Shown piece by piece: positions 1-18,652 of a DNA stretch of 64,000 nucleotides. The stretch comes from Hormiphora californensis (taxonomy: Eukaryota > Animalia > Ctenophora), in contig CM035354.1 in the NCBI GenBank assembly GCA_020137815.1, positions 3,224,001 to 3,288,000 on the forward strand. The letters are read 5' to 3'. Below the pieces are notes generated by a model that was not told the DNA's origin, did not search any database, and saw only the letters and a program-made list of their open reading frames with translations. The stretch's first letter is position 1, and each line of letters starts with the position of its first letter. The position numbers were made by a program, and so were the translations under genes.

Positions 1-54
<54 letters not shown>

Positions 55-110
55 CTCTCTCTTCCCTCTCTCTCTCTTCTCTCTCTCTCCTCCTCTCTCT
101 CTCCTCTCTC

Positions 111-154
<44 letters not shown>

Positions 155-158
155 TCTT
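1..158. repeat. (CT)n microsatellite, imperfect
   Basis: Directly visible; similar (CT)/(GA) tracts recur throughout the window (e.g. 2633-2682, 6469-6520, 23311-23390, 38635-38739, 39863-39930). Confidence 0.97.
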
Positions 159-1442
159 TGAACTCCCTCTCTTTGAACTCCTCTTCTTGAGCAGCCCCTG
201 GCACACAGGTGCACTGATAATGATAAGGTTCGGTGGAGCTATAGGCTCTGTAGACAGTAAAGAATAAAGGGACGCTGCATCGACTACTACATATGTATCA
301 CTATCAATGATAGTTCTTTCTCTCTTCAAAGTAAAATTATTATTTGCGATGATAGCAAATAATTTTTTTTTCTTTGACGAGAGAAAGAATGTGATATGAT
401 AAGAAAGGAATGGACCGTTATTATTTCTTAACCAGCTAGTAACAATATGGTAAAGAGATTAATGGGGGGGGGGGACTGGCAGGTGAGCTTTGTTATATAA
501 TCGGGCAGTGATCTGCTGCAATAAAGTAATGGTTAGTAACAAAGGATCCTTGTTCAGGCAAAGACAACGAGGCTAGAGCAGAAGGAGAGCAAGGAAGAGA
601 AGAAGGAGAGGGGTATATAATAGCGAGAGAGAATAGAAATCTAGATCAGCGCTATTTAGAGGGAAGGGTAAGGAATAAGAGGGAAAGAATAACGGTAACG
701 ATTATATGATAATGACAGCTAACATGAATGTGATTATAAGTCGCAATCACTTGTTAAACAGATATTTAACTAAATTGTTTCTGATCCTATATATAGCAAC
801 TTTATAGGCTTCCTCAACAGTCAACATTTAACTCATTCTTATTCTCTCTCGTCATCTCTCTCTCTCTCTCTGTTTCTCTCTCTCTCTCTCTCTCCCACAC
901 GTTTACTCAATATAAAGCCTTGAAAAAGACTGCGATCACGCGTCCTGATTGCTATTAGAAACATGTGCCTCACAAATCCTACCATGAGCTTTTGCAGCAA
1001 GATTTCAAACAAACAGGGTAAACCGGACTAAAGCTCTCAGTAAGCTGTTTAATAAACAGTGTTCATAATGTGCTATAACTGCAATTATTGCGGCCTTGGA
1101 AAAAGCCGCCCGTAAACTCAAGCCTTCAAGAAATTATCTTCATGTCTTGTAACAAAGTGGCCGAGTCTATTTAATCGACATGATACTAACAGTTAGTCAA
1201 ACATTGGCAGCAGAGTTAAGATTAAGGGAGGTAATTGCTTCAGGCAGGTGGTAGGTAACTAATGTAGAGAGAGATAGAACGAGAGGCTCCCCGGTGCTAC
1301 TGAGGAAAAATTATCAAGTTCCTTCGCCACTACATCTTTCTTTTTAGCCCTCTCATTTAACTCCATGAATCCTCTAGGCTACACTCTCTCCCTCAACAGC
1401 ATTATACTTTCGCTCGGATCTGGACGATTTGGCTGTCCACAC

Positions 1443-2629
1443 TTAACAAGTTACTAGCAAAAGGAACGGCACATAACAACATATTAACATATCATGATTA
1501 TGCACATACTCGTTTTTGTCTTGAGAGGAACAAGGGCCTATAGGATGGGCCAATAACAAAAGAGCGAATGTGTCGAGACTTGAGAGTTGAGACGTAGTCA
1601 TAAATAACATAAGCGGCTTGTACTGAGAAGTAATGGAAGAAATGTCCTTCGAGGCATCTGAACACGTAACGTACCACACAATATGCCACACAAAAAGCGG
1701 AGGGAGAGCAACGTGTTACTTGTGAGGGTGTATGCGTATACAAAATAGAGAGAGAGCTGACAAAGTGTTCTGTCATGTCAGGAAATGGTATCCTCAATCG
1801 TATTGAAACAATAATATTTTCGTTTTGCTCACTGGAATGTTTTATGAAGGATTAAAAATTTCCCATCCATTTATTACCCAAGCTATAACAGAAAGATCGA
1901 ATATCTGTTCCAGACTGCAGATTTATAAACCTATGCCTTTTGCAATTAGTTACCCTAATGGGGAAAATTATACGGCTACTTAATAAAACAATTTCCATAG
2001 GACCATTATGGTCCTATCACCTATGGAAATTGCACACAGTAGTATATGACATATTATTATTAATAACAATGGCATTAATATCAAGGCTTGTTGGTCCACT
2101 GTGAACATCCCGGGAACACCCCTATTATAATAGAAAGGACTACCATGACAATGGGGACTGTAATGACGATGTATATTATTCATCACCACAACCGCTGGTG
2201 ATATACTAATGATGAAGAAAACCAATGAATGGGATCAAAGCTCGCCTGTCTATCACATGATAACCGCATGGAAGTAGAAGGATCAAGGGACGTAGACAGA
2301 CTGGGATATGTTTAAAATGTAAAGTCATTAGTAAGTAAGTCTATAGTAATCCAGTAATCGATGGAGATATATATGTCTGGGAGAATTCAGACAGAATGTA
2401 CTAACTGGATTTTAAGCTGGTACTGGCGAAATAAACTCCTCCTTAGATCAGAAAATCAGGAGGAATTATCGAATTTTAAAGAGACGGGGAGAAAGCTTTC
2501 TCTCTCATTTCTCAAATCAGGAGGGTTATTAGTAGACATAACGATAATTGAGGGAAATTGAATAATGACCACCGGCATTCCACTGGAAGAGTGAGTGAAG
2601 AGCAAAAATTAAATGCAGTAATGAGTGAG

Positions 2630-2688
<59 letters not shown>

Positions 2689-3381
2689 AGACATAAACAA
2701 TGAAAATATCTTTACCGTTTTGTAGCATAAATCCTCAAAACTAACAGATCCAGAACGAACTTTGAGAATCCGCTCCTCAAGAGCGAACATCGACTTGATG
2801 GCCTGCGGACAAGGATTTTGGTAGAAAACATAGAAAATTAGTTGCATTCTTCTAATTTGTTAATCATTCTTTTTTTGTCATCCAGGTGAAGATCTGTGTT
2901 GCCCTATTCGACTTTCTCTCCGTGCCCCACGACAAATTTTAAGGAGGGTTAGATAGAACATGACAAGGTCAGTGTACATTTCCACACCCATATAACACCA
3001 CCTGTTACCTCGAAAGGGTTCTTGTGTTTTAACTGTAGCATGACATGTTGAACTGAAGCCAGCGGTTCTTCCGAGAGCCATTGGGGAGCCCGAGAGGAAG
3101 ACTCCGGTCGCCACTCTATCACCGCATTACCGTGGATCAAGGGCGAACAGAAAATACCAATACTGAAAAACATGGTGTTTACCGTGACGCAACAAATGGT
3201 ATCTACATTCGAATTGTGATACAACATTATGATAGTGGAATGATTTTTTAAACCTCATCAAGACGATTATAAGGCAGGTACAGGTGATGACACGGTACGC
3301 ATGACACGAACAGAACATGCCATGTCGATAGTACAACTTCTCAATGGCGCTCGTCAGGTTATTCAAAACTTCTCTCACCAT
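1443..3381 (-). CDS. SCAP: SREBP cleavage-activating protein (SCAP) homolog, 5' part; multi-exon, 3' extent unresolved
   Basis: ATG at 3381. Spliced reading gives MVREVLNNLTSAIEKLYYRHGMFCSCHAYRVI...LM|SIGIFCSPLIHGNAVIEW...PQWLSEEPLASVQHVMLQ|AIKSMFALEERILKVRSGSVSFEDLCYK|...CLLIT, which parallels human SCAP (FYNHGLLCASYP, PEWYVGAPVAYVQQI, SLEELCLQV, CLLLSP). LMLFMTTSQLSSLD near 1600 resembles the end of the sterol-sensing domain. Frame breaks below about 2520 look like sequence errors. The gene probably continues toward or beyond the window start. Confidence 0.8.
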
Positions 3382-4114
3382 ATCCCTAGTTGGGTAAGAA
3401 AAGGTAATAAGAATCAATCAATAAAATCCTACTTTAGTAGATACTATTAAACACGATTTGACTACGCCAATCAGCAACATTTACTCCATATCTACACCTA
3501 AACTAAGATACAACATATTTGGACTATCCCAGTTCCTATTTTGTTCTGTCAGGCCAATGTTCTGACCACGGTTCTCTATGAGAATAGGGTCAGGACTCAG
3601 GCCAACCGCCAATGCTCTGATTATTTAAAACGAATAATCGACGTTCATTTTGCTTGCTTGACCCTGTTTGAACAAAACAACGTGCATTTGGGTGATGCAG
3701 TTTTGCAGTGTAACTTCGATTTCTTCATTTTTAGTACCCCCTCCCCACCAAATTTCTAAGATTTTAGATTTTAAGCGTGAAAACGGGAAAAACCTGATCA
3801 TAAGAAAATTTTTGATGTTTTTTTTAATCTTCTTTTTTTCTTTCCGTGGATACCTGACACCAGGGTCTTGGATAGGACACCCACGTACGTCGCCCCTTTC
3901 CAAGAGGGAGTGTGTTTCATGGTTTGGCGACCAAACCACTCTACCGCTTTAGCTAAACTAGCGCATATCTGATAGAGATTTCAAATCCCTAGCCAACAAA
4001 GGTAACCATAACTGTAAAGAGGCCGGAATCTTCCCTAAAACTGCTGGTTTTCTAAATTTTAGTTTAGTTTTTCAATTTCTAAAAAGGGGGGTGGCGGCCA
4101 ACATCGGCCTGAAT

Positions 4115-4715
4115 ATAAATAGGTGTAGACACTTAACAATGATAAAAACTGTAATAAATTAAATATAAAATGAGTCTATTGCCCCACTTGATATAGCTGC
4201 TCGTCCCTGTTGCCCTCGCCCCTCAATCTACCCCGATGCCCCCTGATGGAAACAGTTATTGATCGCACCATGGCGAAAGATAGCCTGAGTCGAAGATAAC
4301 GGATGCATTGGTCGTAGGTGTATCCCGTTTTCTTAGCTTTCTTATCGGCTAGCTGTTTCAGTCACTGAAATTCAGTGTCTTTTTGAATTCCCGACCGAGA
4401 CCCCCCGTCGTGGACATTACCAGAGGTGTAAATGAAGATTTTTCCACTTCAATGACCCGATGAAGGTAGCCAGTCTTTTTCTCCCTCTCATGTTTTTCAT
4501 ACACTTTAGAGATTGCCTGGTTAGAGTTGGATGCCACCCTAGGATTAAATACCCTCACATCAAAATAGGTGTTATCCATGCTAGACCAGAAATCACGTGT
4601 ACTGATATCTAGGCGAGCTCCATCCGCCGTAATAGTTCCCTCTGGGAGACTCATTCCTCGTACATTTAGCAGATGGGGTTCAACTTTCGTGTCATGACAC
4701 ACATTACTGAACTCA
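4115..4715 (-). mobile_element. 5'-truncated CRE-clade-like non-LTR retrotransposon fragment (C-terminal restriction-like endonuclease domain)
   Basis: VCHD..VEPHL...ARLDISTRDFW...YFDVRVFNP...YEKHEREKK.GY..RVIEVEKSSFTPLVMSTTGGLG continuing, after a 14-nt insertion, to LRLRLSFAMVRSITVSIRGHR and a stop at 4176, then an AT-rich tail. This is the typical PD-(D/E)xK REL domain of CRE-type elements. Confidence 0.82.
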
Positions 4716-5096
4716 ATTTCTAAAATCTCAAAACTTCAACTTTTTAAGTTTTTCAAATTCAAATTGAATGCAATTTTGCGCGCGCGCGATTGGCACGCGC
4801 AAAACTCGAGCCGCGCTTCGTCTTTCCAGTTTTGAATTGGCCATTCAACGTCCGATCAAATTGAAACACACAAGTTTATCAAAAGTATAAGTTACAAAAT
4901 TATTCATCACCAAATAACAATAATATCAAACATGTTCTAGTTATACTCTCACTCTCTCTCATTCATTCAGATACATAACTCGTGACGGAAAACTGGGGCG
5001 ATTAGACACATTTTGTTTTCCCATAATTTTCTCTTTCTCTTGGTGATGCTCTCAACTTGAAAACTAATCAAGACGTGTTCTCTCAATATATCTAAC

Positions 5097-5507
5097 TACT
5101 GTAAAACTAGATATTTTCGTGAGATTTTTATTTTCGCTCTTTCTTTTTGGCTGGAAAATCCGCGAAAATTAATTCCGCGAAAATATTTTGGCCGATTTTT
5201 TACAGAAAGCTCGTGCAAGTTATTTCAGGATGACACATTTTACTTTTAGTACTAAGTCAACGACAATCGGTTCATCAGATCTTAGAGCCAATCAGCAATG
5301 AGAAAATGCTCACATTTCATTGGTCTACGCCAAGCAGGTCTGGTGTCTCATGGCAATGATGACTGCACTCTTGGCGTAATTATATAATAGACTAGGACCG
5401 TGAAATGGGGGTAGCAGTGGGATTAGCGAAAATTAAAATCGCGAAAATAGCGAATTTTGATCGAATCGCGAAAATTAATTGCCTCGAAAATATCTAGTTT
5501 TACAGTA
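5097..5507. mobile_element. MITE with about 21-bp TIR and TA target duplication (Tc1/mariner-like)
   Basis: TA|CTGTAAAACTAGATATTTTCG ... CGAAAATATCTAGTTTTACAG|TA, with subterminal CGCGAAAAT motifs. Confidence 0.85.
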
Positions 5508-6465
5508 TATATAGTTTCGCGTTGTTTGGGATTATTACGCGTATATATTGTACTTGGTAACGTAGTCAGTGGGAAATATTAAACAGTGCACAACGCTAGA
5601 AAAGAAAACCCCTAATACTCTCTCTCACTCTCACTCTCTTACTCGGTGTTACAAGACGAGTTATATATTTGTTGTTGTCATGAATCATAGTAATATTATT
5701 TGGTAAATACTCTCTTAGTGATCTAGTTTTATCACCGTTTCTCTATCTCACTCTCTCAGCTCTCTTTCTCTCTCTTTTTTTCTCTCTCTCTCTCTCTCAC
5801 TCTCTAAACGGATATCGTAGTTATAGGGTGAATTGTATACTACACACTCTCTCTCGTGCTTCAAAGCCCAAAAAACATCCATATTAAACGTCCATAAATG
5901 AGTTTATTACTAATTAATTAAGCTATCAGGTAGGCACACATCGTGTTGTATTCATAGGGCCGATACACGCTGTCCATCATGGTGCTGGTGGACCCAGGAC
6001 AGGTGGGGGATAAAGTGTTAAAAAGGGAACAACGATAAAATATTATTGCACCACGGCAGGCAAGTGTCGGTGGTATCAGCAAGATGTACATCAACAGGGT
6101 CGTAACGACACAAAAAATAGAAATGATTCTATCTGGTTTGGCGTTACGACTGCAGCAGATGCACAACTTGCTCATATACACACACAAATAGATAATTCAG
6201 GCCGTAATAGTTTCTTAAAACTGCTATATAAACTCTAGAAGAGGGTGTAGGTGTTATTTACATGTTTTAACAATCTATAATTGTCTTTTCTCTTTATAGG
6301 AGAATAGGGGAAAAAGAGGAGTCTTTTTCCATATTTCAAGCACGTGTTATGTAGAGGTACACATGTTAGGAATGAAAAAATATCCAATACATCATGTTCC
6401 GCTCACACAATCACACACACTCTCACACCTGAACACTTTCTAGTTTTCAGGGGCCATTATATACC

Positions 6466-6523
<58 letters not shown>

Positions 6524-6687
6524 GCTCTCACCAGTGTCATTCACCCTCACACACTCACACTCACACTCAGGGGGTTGTTGGTTTTGTACAGGATATACAC
6601 TAGATTTTGCCAAGGAAAGAGAGGAGCTTAGAAGATGGTCATAACAGTTTTCTCTCTCTCTCCTCCACAAATGTTCTCAAACACAGC

Positions 6688-12475
<5,788 letters not shown>

Positions 12476-12739
12476 CTGAGAGGGGGAGGGGGTGTTATAG
12501 AATCACTGCAAATATGGGATGATTCAGTGGTAAAAACTAAAAAAGTATCAAAGTAAATCTCAGTTCCATTATATGATTTATCTATCAGATTTGTGTGACG
12601 TTAGTATTCGGTACATGTCAGTGTGTGTGAGTGTTTCATGGTGATGTAATGGCGGGAAGGGGATACATTGTGTGTAGGGGAAGGGGACATGTGTGTGAAC
12701 CTAATACAGTCTACAGTCATAACAATACATTCATCATCA

Positions 12740-15700
12740 GCTGCAATGGAAATTTTAACTTTCGTTTTTGTTCCAGGTAAAAATTTAAACGGAAGAAAAA
12801 GTTTTGTTTAGATTTACAATCCTTATTCCAAAGAAGCAAAAGAGGGGGAAGAAGAAAACGGACAATTTTTCCTAGCCTGTCGTAGCACACGTAACCTAAT
12901 TATACCCACACAAAACAAACACACACAACAACCCAAAACCCTCCCCCAAAACCCCTTTTTCCCTATTAACGTTTTCTTCCCCAACAATTCGCTTTCTTCA
13001 CCTTTATAAATCCTATTTCTTTCCCCAAAAAGCCCCGACCCGAAAGTGCTTCCTCCCCACAAAACTTTTGATAGATGGGGGGGAAACTTTCAAAAAGGGG
13101 GTTTCCATTTCTTTTCACAATTAAAGTATTATGTTTCGAAAGGAAAAAAAAATTTTAAAAAGAAAAGAGGGGGAAACCAAAAATAGGAAGAGAGTGAGGG
13201 AGGATGAGCTGTGCAATTAACAAGGGAAAAAGAATAGCACCCCGGATGAAAAAAATTGGGGAGGAGGGGGAGGGGAGAGAGAAGAGAAGAACGTAGGAAG
13301 GGGGTGGAGAAGAATGAGACGGGAGATGGGGGTGGTATGGAGCTTTTTTTTTTTTTCCCCCTATTTTTTTCCGCCCCCCTTTTTTTTTTCCCCCCCTTTC
13401 CCCCCTTTTCCCTTTTCCCCCCCTTTTTGGGGGCCCCCCCCTTTTTTTTTTTTTTTTTTTTAAAAAAAACCCCCCCCTCCCCGGTTTTGGGGGAAAAAAA
13501 GAAGAATTTTAGTTTAAAAAAGGGGGGGTTGGGAAAAAAATAAAAATAAAAAACCAAAAATAACCCCTACAAAACATAACCTGCAGTTGGGGGGCAAAAA
13601 TTTAATTTAAAAAAAATTTTAATTCTTAAAAGTTGGTGCCGTCCTTAACCAAAAACCAAAAAAGGGATTTTGGGGGGGGCCCCCCCCCCCCCGGGGGCAA
13701 AAAGAGAGGGGGGAAAAAGGGGATTTTTGAGGAAGAGGGAAAAAAAGGAAAAAAAAAATAAAATTTAAAAAAAAATTTAAAAGAGGGAAGAAAAGAGGGG
13801 AAGAACGATTGTTTTAAATTTGGTTCCCAATAGCTTATTCCCATAATTTTCATTTTGAAAAACCCAAAAGAGGGTTTTTTAAATACTTCCCAATTTAAAA
13901 TGAAAAAAGGGTTTATTGCAACAAAATCCCCCCTTCCCCCCTTTATACCCAAAACACATTTCACGATTACTAAGGGGAAAACCAATTTTTTTCCCCCTTA
14001 AATCGGGATTTAATTTCCCTTTCCCCAAAAAGGGGTTTTTGGGGGAAAATTTTAAAAAAAGGGTTTTTGTCCCCAGTTAATTTTTTGTACTTGTTTTGAA
14101 GGGTTAATTTGACGTTTTAAAATAAAAACAGACAAAAAGGGTTAGTAAGAAAAAAGAGGGGGGGGAAAAAAAAGGGGGGGGGGGGGGTTTTTTTTTTTTT
14201 TTTGGGGGGGGGGGGGGGTTTTTTTTTTTTTTCCCCAAAAAAGGGTTAGTCAGCGGTTTTTTTTGTTTGTTGGGGTAAATTTTTTTCCCCTTTGGTTGCC
14301 CCCTTTTTTGCCTCCCCGAGCCCCCAAAACTGTCGCCCCACACATCCCACATGGGGGGTTTTTAAATTAGTTTTTACTAAAACATACCAACCCCGGGCCC
14401 CCTCCCTCTCTTTTTTTTTTTTTTAAAAAAAAAATTTTTTCCCTTTGGGGGTTTTTTTCGTCCCCTGTATGCAAAATTTAAACCCCCGGGGGGGGAACCT
14501 ACGGGGGAAAAATAAAAAACCCTAATTTCCTTTTTTTTAAAAAATTTTTTTAAAGGGAAACCAAAAGTACCTAATTTTTTTGGGGGAAAAACTCTTTTTT
14601 AAAAATGGGGGGGTTTTTTTTTCCCAAAAAATTGTCGTACGGGCAAAAAAATTCATCACACAAAAAAAAACCTTTCTCTTTTTCTTTTTCTTTTTTCCCC
14701 CCCTTTTTCCCGCCCTTTTCTATATTTCTCTCTTTGCGTGCAGTAGCACCAAACAAACCAAAATAACCGACACACACAAATCTGCAGAAGCAACATAAAA
14801 CATACAAGTAACAAACGTTTCGCGATTTTTCAACGGGTTTTTTGGGGCGGACAATTTTTTTTTTACTAAACTTTTTATTTGCTGTTAAATTCCGCAAACA
14901 CGATGTACACAATTACTGATGTAATGTTTGTTCACTTTTTTTTCTGCCGAATGAATCATCAAGTGTGTGTTTTTAAAATAGCGCAAAAACATGCAAAACA
15001 GATGAGTGCCAATTTACGGATATAAAAATCCGAACTCCATCTTTTTTTTTCATGCCCTTTAAAAACAAGAGGCACTCTTCCCCCTTTCTTTCCTTTTCCC
15101 TCTCTCTTTCTCTCCCCTCCATTTTCTCCTCCCACAATTTGATTGGTGCTAAAGGGAAAAATATGATTGACAGCATCGCAAGGGGGGGATAGAGAGAGAG
15201 AGAGAGAGAGAAAGGGAAAAGAAAAGAGAGAAAAGAGAGAGAGGGGAGGAGAGAAAGAGAGGAAAGAGGGAGGTTAAAACAATTTTCCCCCTCAACCCCC
15301 CTTAATTCCCCACCCCATTTCCCCCTTTCCCCTCTCTTGCCTTTCTCTCCCCCTCCCCTTTTGTATTTTTTCACTCCTCTTTTCCCGCCTTTCCCCCCTC
15401 CCCCCTTCCCCTTTCCCCCTTTCCTTTTTTTCCCTTTCCCGCTTTTTTACTTTTTGTTTCCTGGCCCCCTTCCCCCTTTCCCCTTTTTTTCTTCCTCCCC
15501 TTTTGTTTTAATTCCCCCTTCCTTTTCCTCCCCCTTTTCCCCCTTTTTCCCCCTTTTTTTTCCCGGGGGTTTAACTTTTTGTTTTCCACACCCTTTTGTT
15601 TTTTGAAAAAAACCATAATTTATTTTGGACAAAAAAATTCTTTCATTAATTTCAAAATTTCGTTATTCCAGGGGGGGTTTGGGAGACTTATGTTTGCCAA

Positions 15701-16570
15701 CAGGGACAAAACTTTTTTGGGAACAAAATTAAAATTTCTTATTTAAGTGTTTTCATAAAAAAGGGGGGCAAATTTTTGAACGGTTGGAACACAAAGGGCG
15801 GGGTTAAATATGAAAAAAATTTCGGGAATTAAATAATTAATAATTGGTTATTTTAGTGGTTTTAAAAAAAGAAAAAGGTTTTATTTAAGAAATCCAGAAA
15901 AATTGGTTGAGCCCCCCCCAGGTCTTATGCAAATTCCAAACTTTTTTTAAGAAAAAAAATGAAAAAAATTTGGGGTTTGCTTTGTTGTGTTTAAAAAAAA
16001 CTGTCCCAAATGAATTTTAAGAATAATTTTAGTTTTTTAAAATTTTTTTTTTTACCCCTTAAGTTTTTCCCTCGGCGATACCTAAAAAAAAAAAGGGTTT
16101 TGGATAAAAAAGGGTGTATTTTTGGGGGGGAGAGTAAATATGGTGTTCAATAGCGGGGATTGGAGTGGGGACCCGACACCACCTAGGTGGGGTTAGGGGT
16201 ATAAAACATGGAAAAGAAGGGGGAAAAACAAATTAAAAAAAGAAAAATAGAGCAAAAAACTTCGGGTTTGGGGGGGCCCACCAAAACCGAATTTGGGGGG
16301 TCAAGTTTTTTATTTCCCATTTGGGCGAAAACCGGGCCTTCCTTTTGAAAACCTCCTCGCCTAATTCCAAAAATGTTTAACAAAGTTATAAAAGCAAAAA
16401 CAACTGCAGGGTTAAAATTTTACCTTCACCAAATTCAAGTATTATTCAATATTTTCCCTTGAATTTAACGCTTATTAGGGGGGTTTCTCTTGGGGGAACT
16501 TTAAGCTTTTTTGAAAACTTTCAAAATCGATGAAAATTTCCCCCAATAAAAAGTCAAATTTTTCTTGAGG
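12740..16570. other. Low-quality, homopolymer-inflated assembly segment
   Basis: Abrupt switch to long A/T/G/C runs. The clean MRM2 ORF degrades exactly at its edge, and the expected MYPT1 5' exons are unreadable. Confidence 0.9.
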
Positions 16571-17111
16571 GGCCTTGATAAATCTTCATCACCGTACAAC
16601 CACCAACTGCCAAGTGTTCAAAGCAAAATTTTATCACATGCCCACAAAGCTTCACGCTGTTCACATGATCAAAATCAGCTAAGCCACTTACAGAATGTAT
16701 CATGTCGCTTATCACTAAGTCTGGTTTTCCTTCCCCCCATAGATCACTCATAACAGCTGATATTTTCTGACTGTCTTCAATACTTGTATTTGGCAAAATG
16801 TATGCACCGGAAACAGGTTCAAAGTTTTGGAGGTCAATGGATAAAACTGCTGGCTTGCCCTCAACCGGACGAAGATTCTTCGTGGCAACTTGAGTCCAGG
16901 ATCCTGGAGCAGCACCTAAATCAACAACCCGAGAACAGTGCTTAAAAATCTTGAACCCGTCATTTATTTCAATCAGTTTGAAAGCTGACCGACATCGGAG
17001 GCCCTCTGCTTTAGCTGCTTTAACGTAGACATCACTTGATTGCCGTTGTTGCCAACGGTTACCTCCGGAAAAACAGCGATAGAAGGTCGCCAGGGCGGAT
17101 CTTCGATTCAT
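16554..17111 (-). CDS. MRM2: Mitochondrial rRNA 2'-O-methyltransferase MRM2 (FtsJ/RrmJ family); C-terminus garbled
   Basis: W..RQSSDVYVKAAKAEGLRCRSAFKLIEIN, SAM-binding VVDLGAAPGSWTQVA, DLVISDM, GGCTVMKIYQG, with an N-terminal transit-peptide-like segment. Confidence 0.92.
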   Translation of the reverse strand: MNRRSALATFYRCFSGGNRWQQRQSSDVYVKAAKAEGLRCRSAFKLIEINDGFKIFKHCSRVVDLGAAPGSWTQVATKNLRPVEGKPAVLSIDLQNFEPVSGAYILPNTSIEDSQKISAVMSDLWGEGKPDLVISDMIHSVSGLADFDHVNSVKLCGHVIKFCFEHLAVGGCTVMKIYQGPSRKI

Positions 17112-17239
17112 TTCAGCGTCACAATTCCTTTTCCATTGGTTCTAAAACTATGTGTAATGAAAGGGACGAATATTCAGCTGTGGAGACTTTCTCAAGTAAA
17201 CTATAATGGCTTCATTACTCATATTTCTTAGTTTAGAGA

Positions 17240-18652
17240 TTATGGCCGGGAGGCGGGATCCGAGAAAAACTCGGGTTTAAAAAAATTTGGCAGGTTTGAA
17301 AATTTTTGGCGTGCAGCTCAGTTTTTTTAGCGTGTGCATAGCAGCGGGCGCGATTATAATCTGGGTGTCTTGCAGCCTGTTTGGTGCGCGCTACCAAAAG
17401 AGTATACTTAGACCGACTTTTTTCAAACGGCTATAGCCATGGAACCACATGGCCGATTTGAGTAAACTAAACGGTATCAGTTAGAGAATCGATAGCCCTA
17501 ACCGATAACCCCAATAGTGGAAGCTCTTACGGTAATTCCCACGCCCCGTGGAAAAGTTTTTGACCGTGGGAAAGTTTTCAAAGCGTGGGAAAAGAGAGAT
17601 ACATACAATAACTATAAAAAATAAATTGTTTTTTCTTAGTTATTGTATGTATCTCTCTTTTCCCACGCTTTGAAAACTTTCCCACGGTCGAAAACTTTCC
17701 CACGGGGCGTGGGAATTACCGTAAGAGCTTCCACTACAAACCAAACCCTAACCAGACCCTAACGGATAGCCCTAACCCGTCGCGCGCGCCAAAACTACGA
17801 ATTGTTAGCAATGAATTGGCATACGTTGCAGGCCCCGTTGCGGGGGTGCGCGCATGAGGGGGCTGCAGCGCATTCCAAAGCAATGAAAGGCACCCAGATT
17901 TTAACGTTTTCCCATAGCAGCTCAGTGCACCGGGCCGCGCGGCGCAATGACATGCAGCGCATGCATAAGAAAATCCGCGCGTTACATAAAATGCAGTGAC
18001 GTACGGCGCGGGTTCTAAATAAAAAACGAAATAAAAGAAAACGCCAACCAAACTTCTGGAACTTTTTTAAAGACTTTTCGGCAAGTTTTCTTGCACCCTT
18101 GGAATGCGCTGCAGCCCCCTCATGCGCGCACCCCCGCAACGAGGGGACTGGAGGGAATGCCGCGCGCGCGTTTGGCCTGATCCCGGCTGGGTCGAAGATA
18201 ACTTTGCGGTCGAAAAAACGGCGGTGCTTATAACTTTGGCTCCTGAAGTCCGTTTGACTTGATTCTTTCACCAGTTGTTAGATCTGACGATTATCTACCT
18301 TGCTGTTTTTGAGAGAAGTTAATTGGACTTAAGAAGGCTGAGCAATAGCCGTTGAAAGATGGGTTGTTTTCAAAAAGTGACGTCACAGATTCTTGCAGGG
18401 ACACCTTTTTTAAAATTTCATTCAAATTTTGATTTTACCGCACTCGATTTTGCGGAGTTTGGTTCATATCTCCTGTTCCTGATAAGATAGAGACCTGAAA
18501 CCGGTTGCATTTGAAAGCTGTTATCTTCCTCTTTCCAACGCTACCAAAACGATTTCTGTACCTTATCTGGAACCGGAGATATGATTGATTATGTATTCCC
18601 CCCTAGCGCGGTATTCCCTCCAGGCCCCTTATATTATATTATAAGGGGCCTG
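17240..18652. mobile_element. Composite non-coding repeat block between divergent genes
   Basis: GC/CpG-rich. Contains an about 45-bp inverted repeat (17833-17879 vs 18098-18145), degenerate CCCTAA units, a nested fold-back element and a terminal hairpin at 18621-18652. Boundaries are approximate. Confidence 0.5.
17515..17736. mobile_element. Fold-back non-autonomous element, Academ-like (TAG...CTA, 3-bp TSD CAA)
   Basis: caa|TAGTGGAAGCTCTTACGG...CCGTAAGAGCTTCCACTA|caa; about 100-bp near-perfect arms with an AT-rich spacer of about 22 nt. Confidence 0.85.

Noticed and set aside
900-2520. Pseudogenisation or alternative genetic code in SCAP
   Set aside because: Breaks are frameshifts rather than a consistent stop reassignment, other genes read normally in the standard code, and assembly error is simpler.
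3850-3965. tRNA-like start on the minus strand (TAGCTAAAGCGGTAGAG plus a hairpin)
   Set aside because: No recognisable B box or T arm; at most a degenerate SINE head.
12823-16383. K/G/F/P-rich ORFs
   Set aside because: Products of the homopolymer-garbled segment.
16554-17111. Bacterial contamination or HGT of intronless FtsJ
   Set aside because: N-terminal transit-peptide-like extension and eukaryotic context fit the normal nuclear MRM2.
17495-17778. Interstitial telomere (CCCTAA units)
   Set aside because: Only a few interrupted units inside a repeat block.
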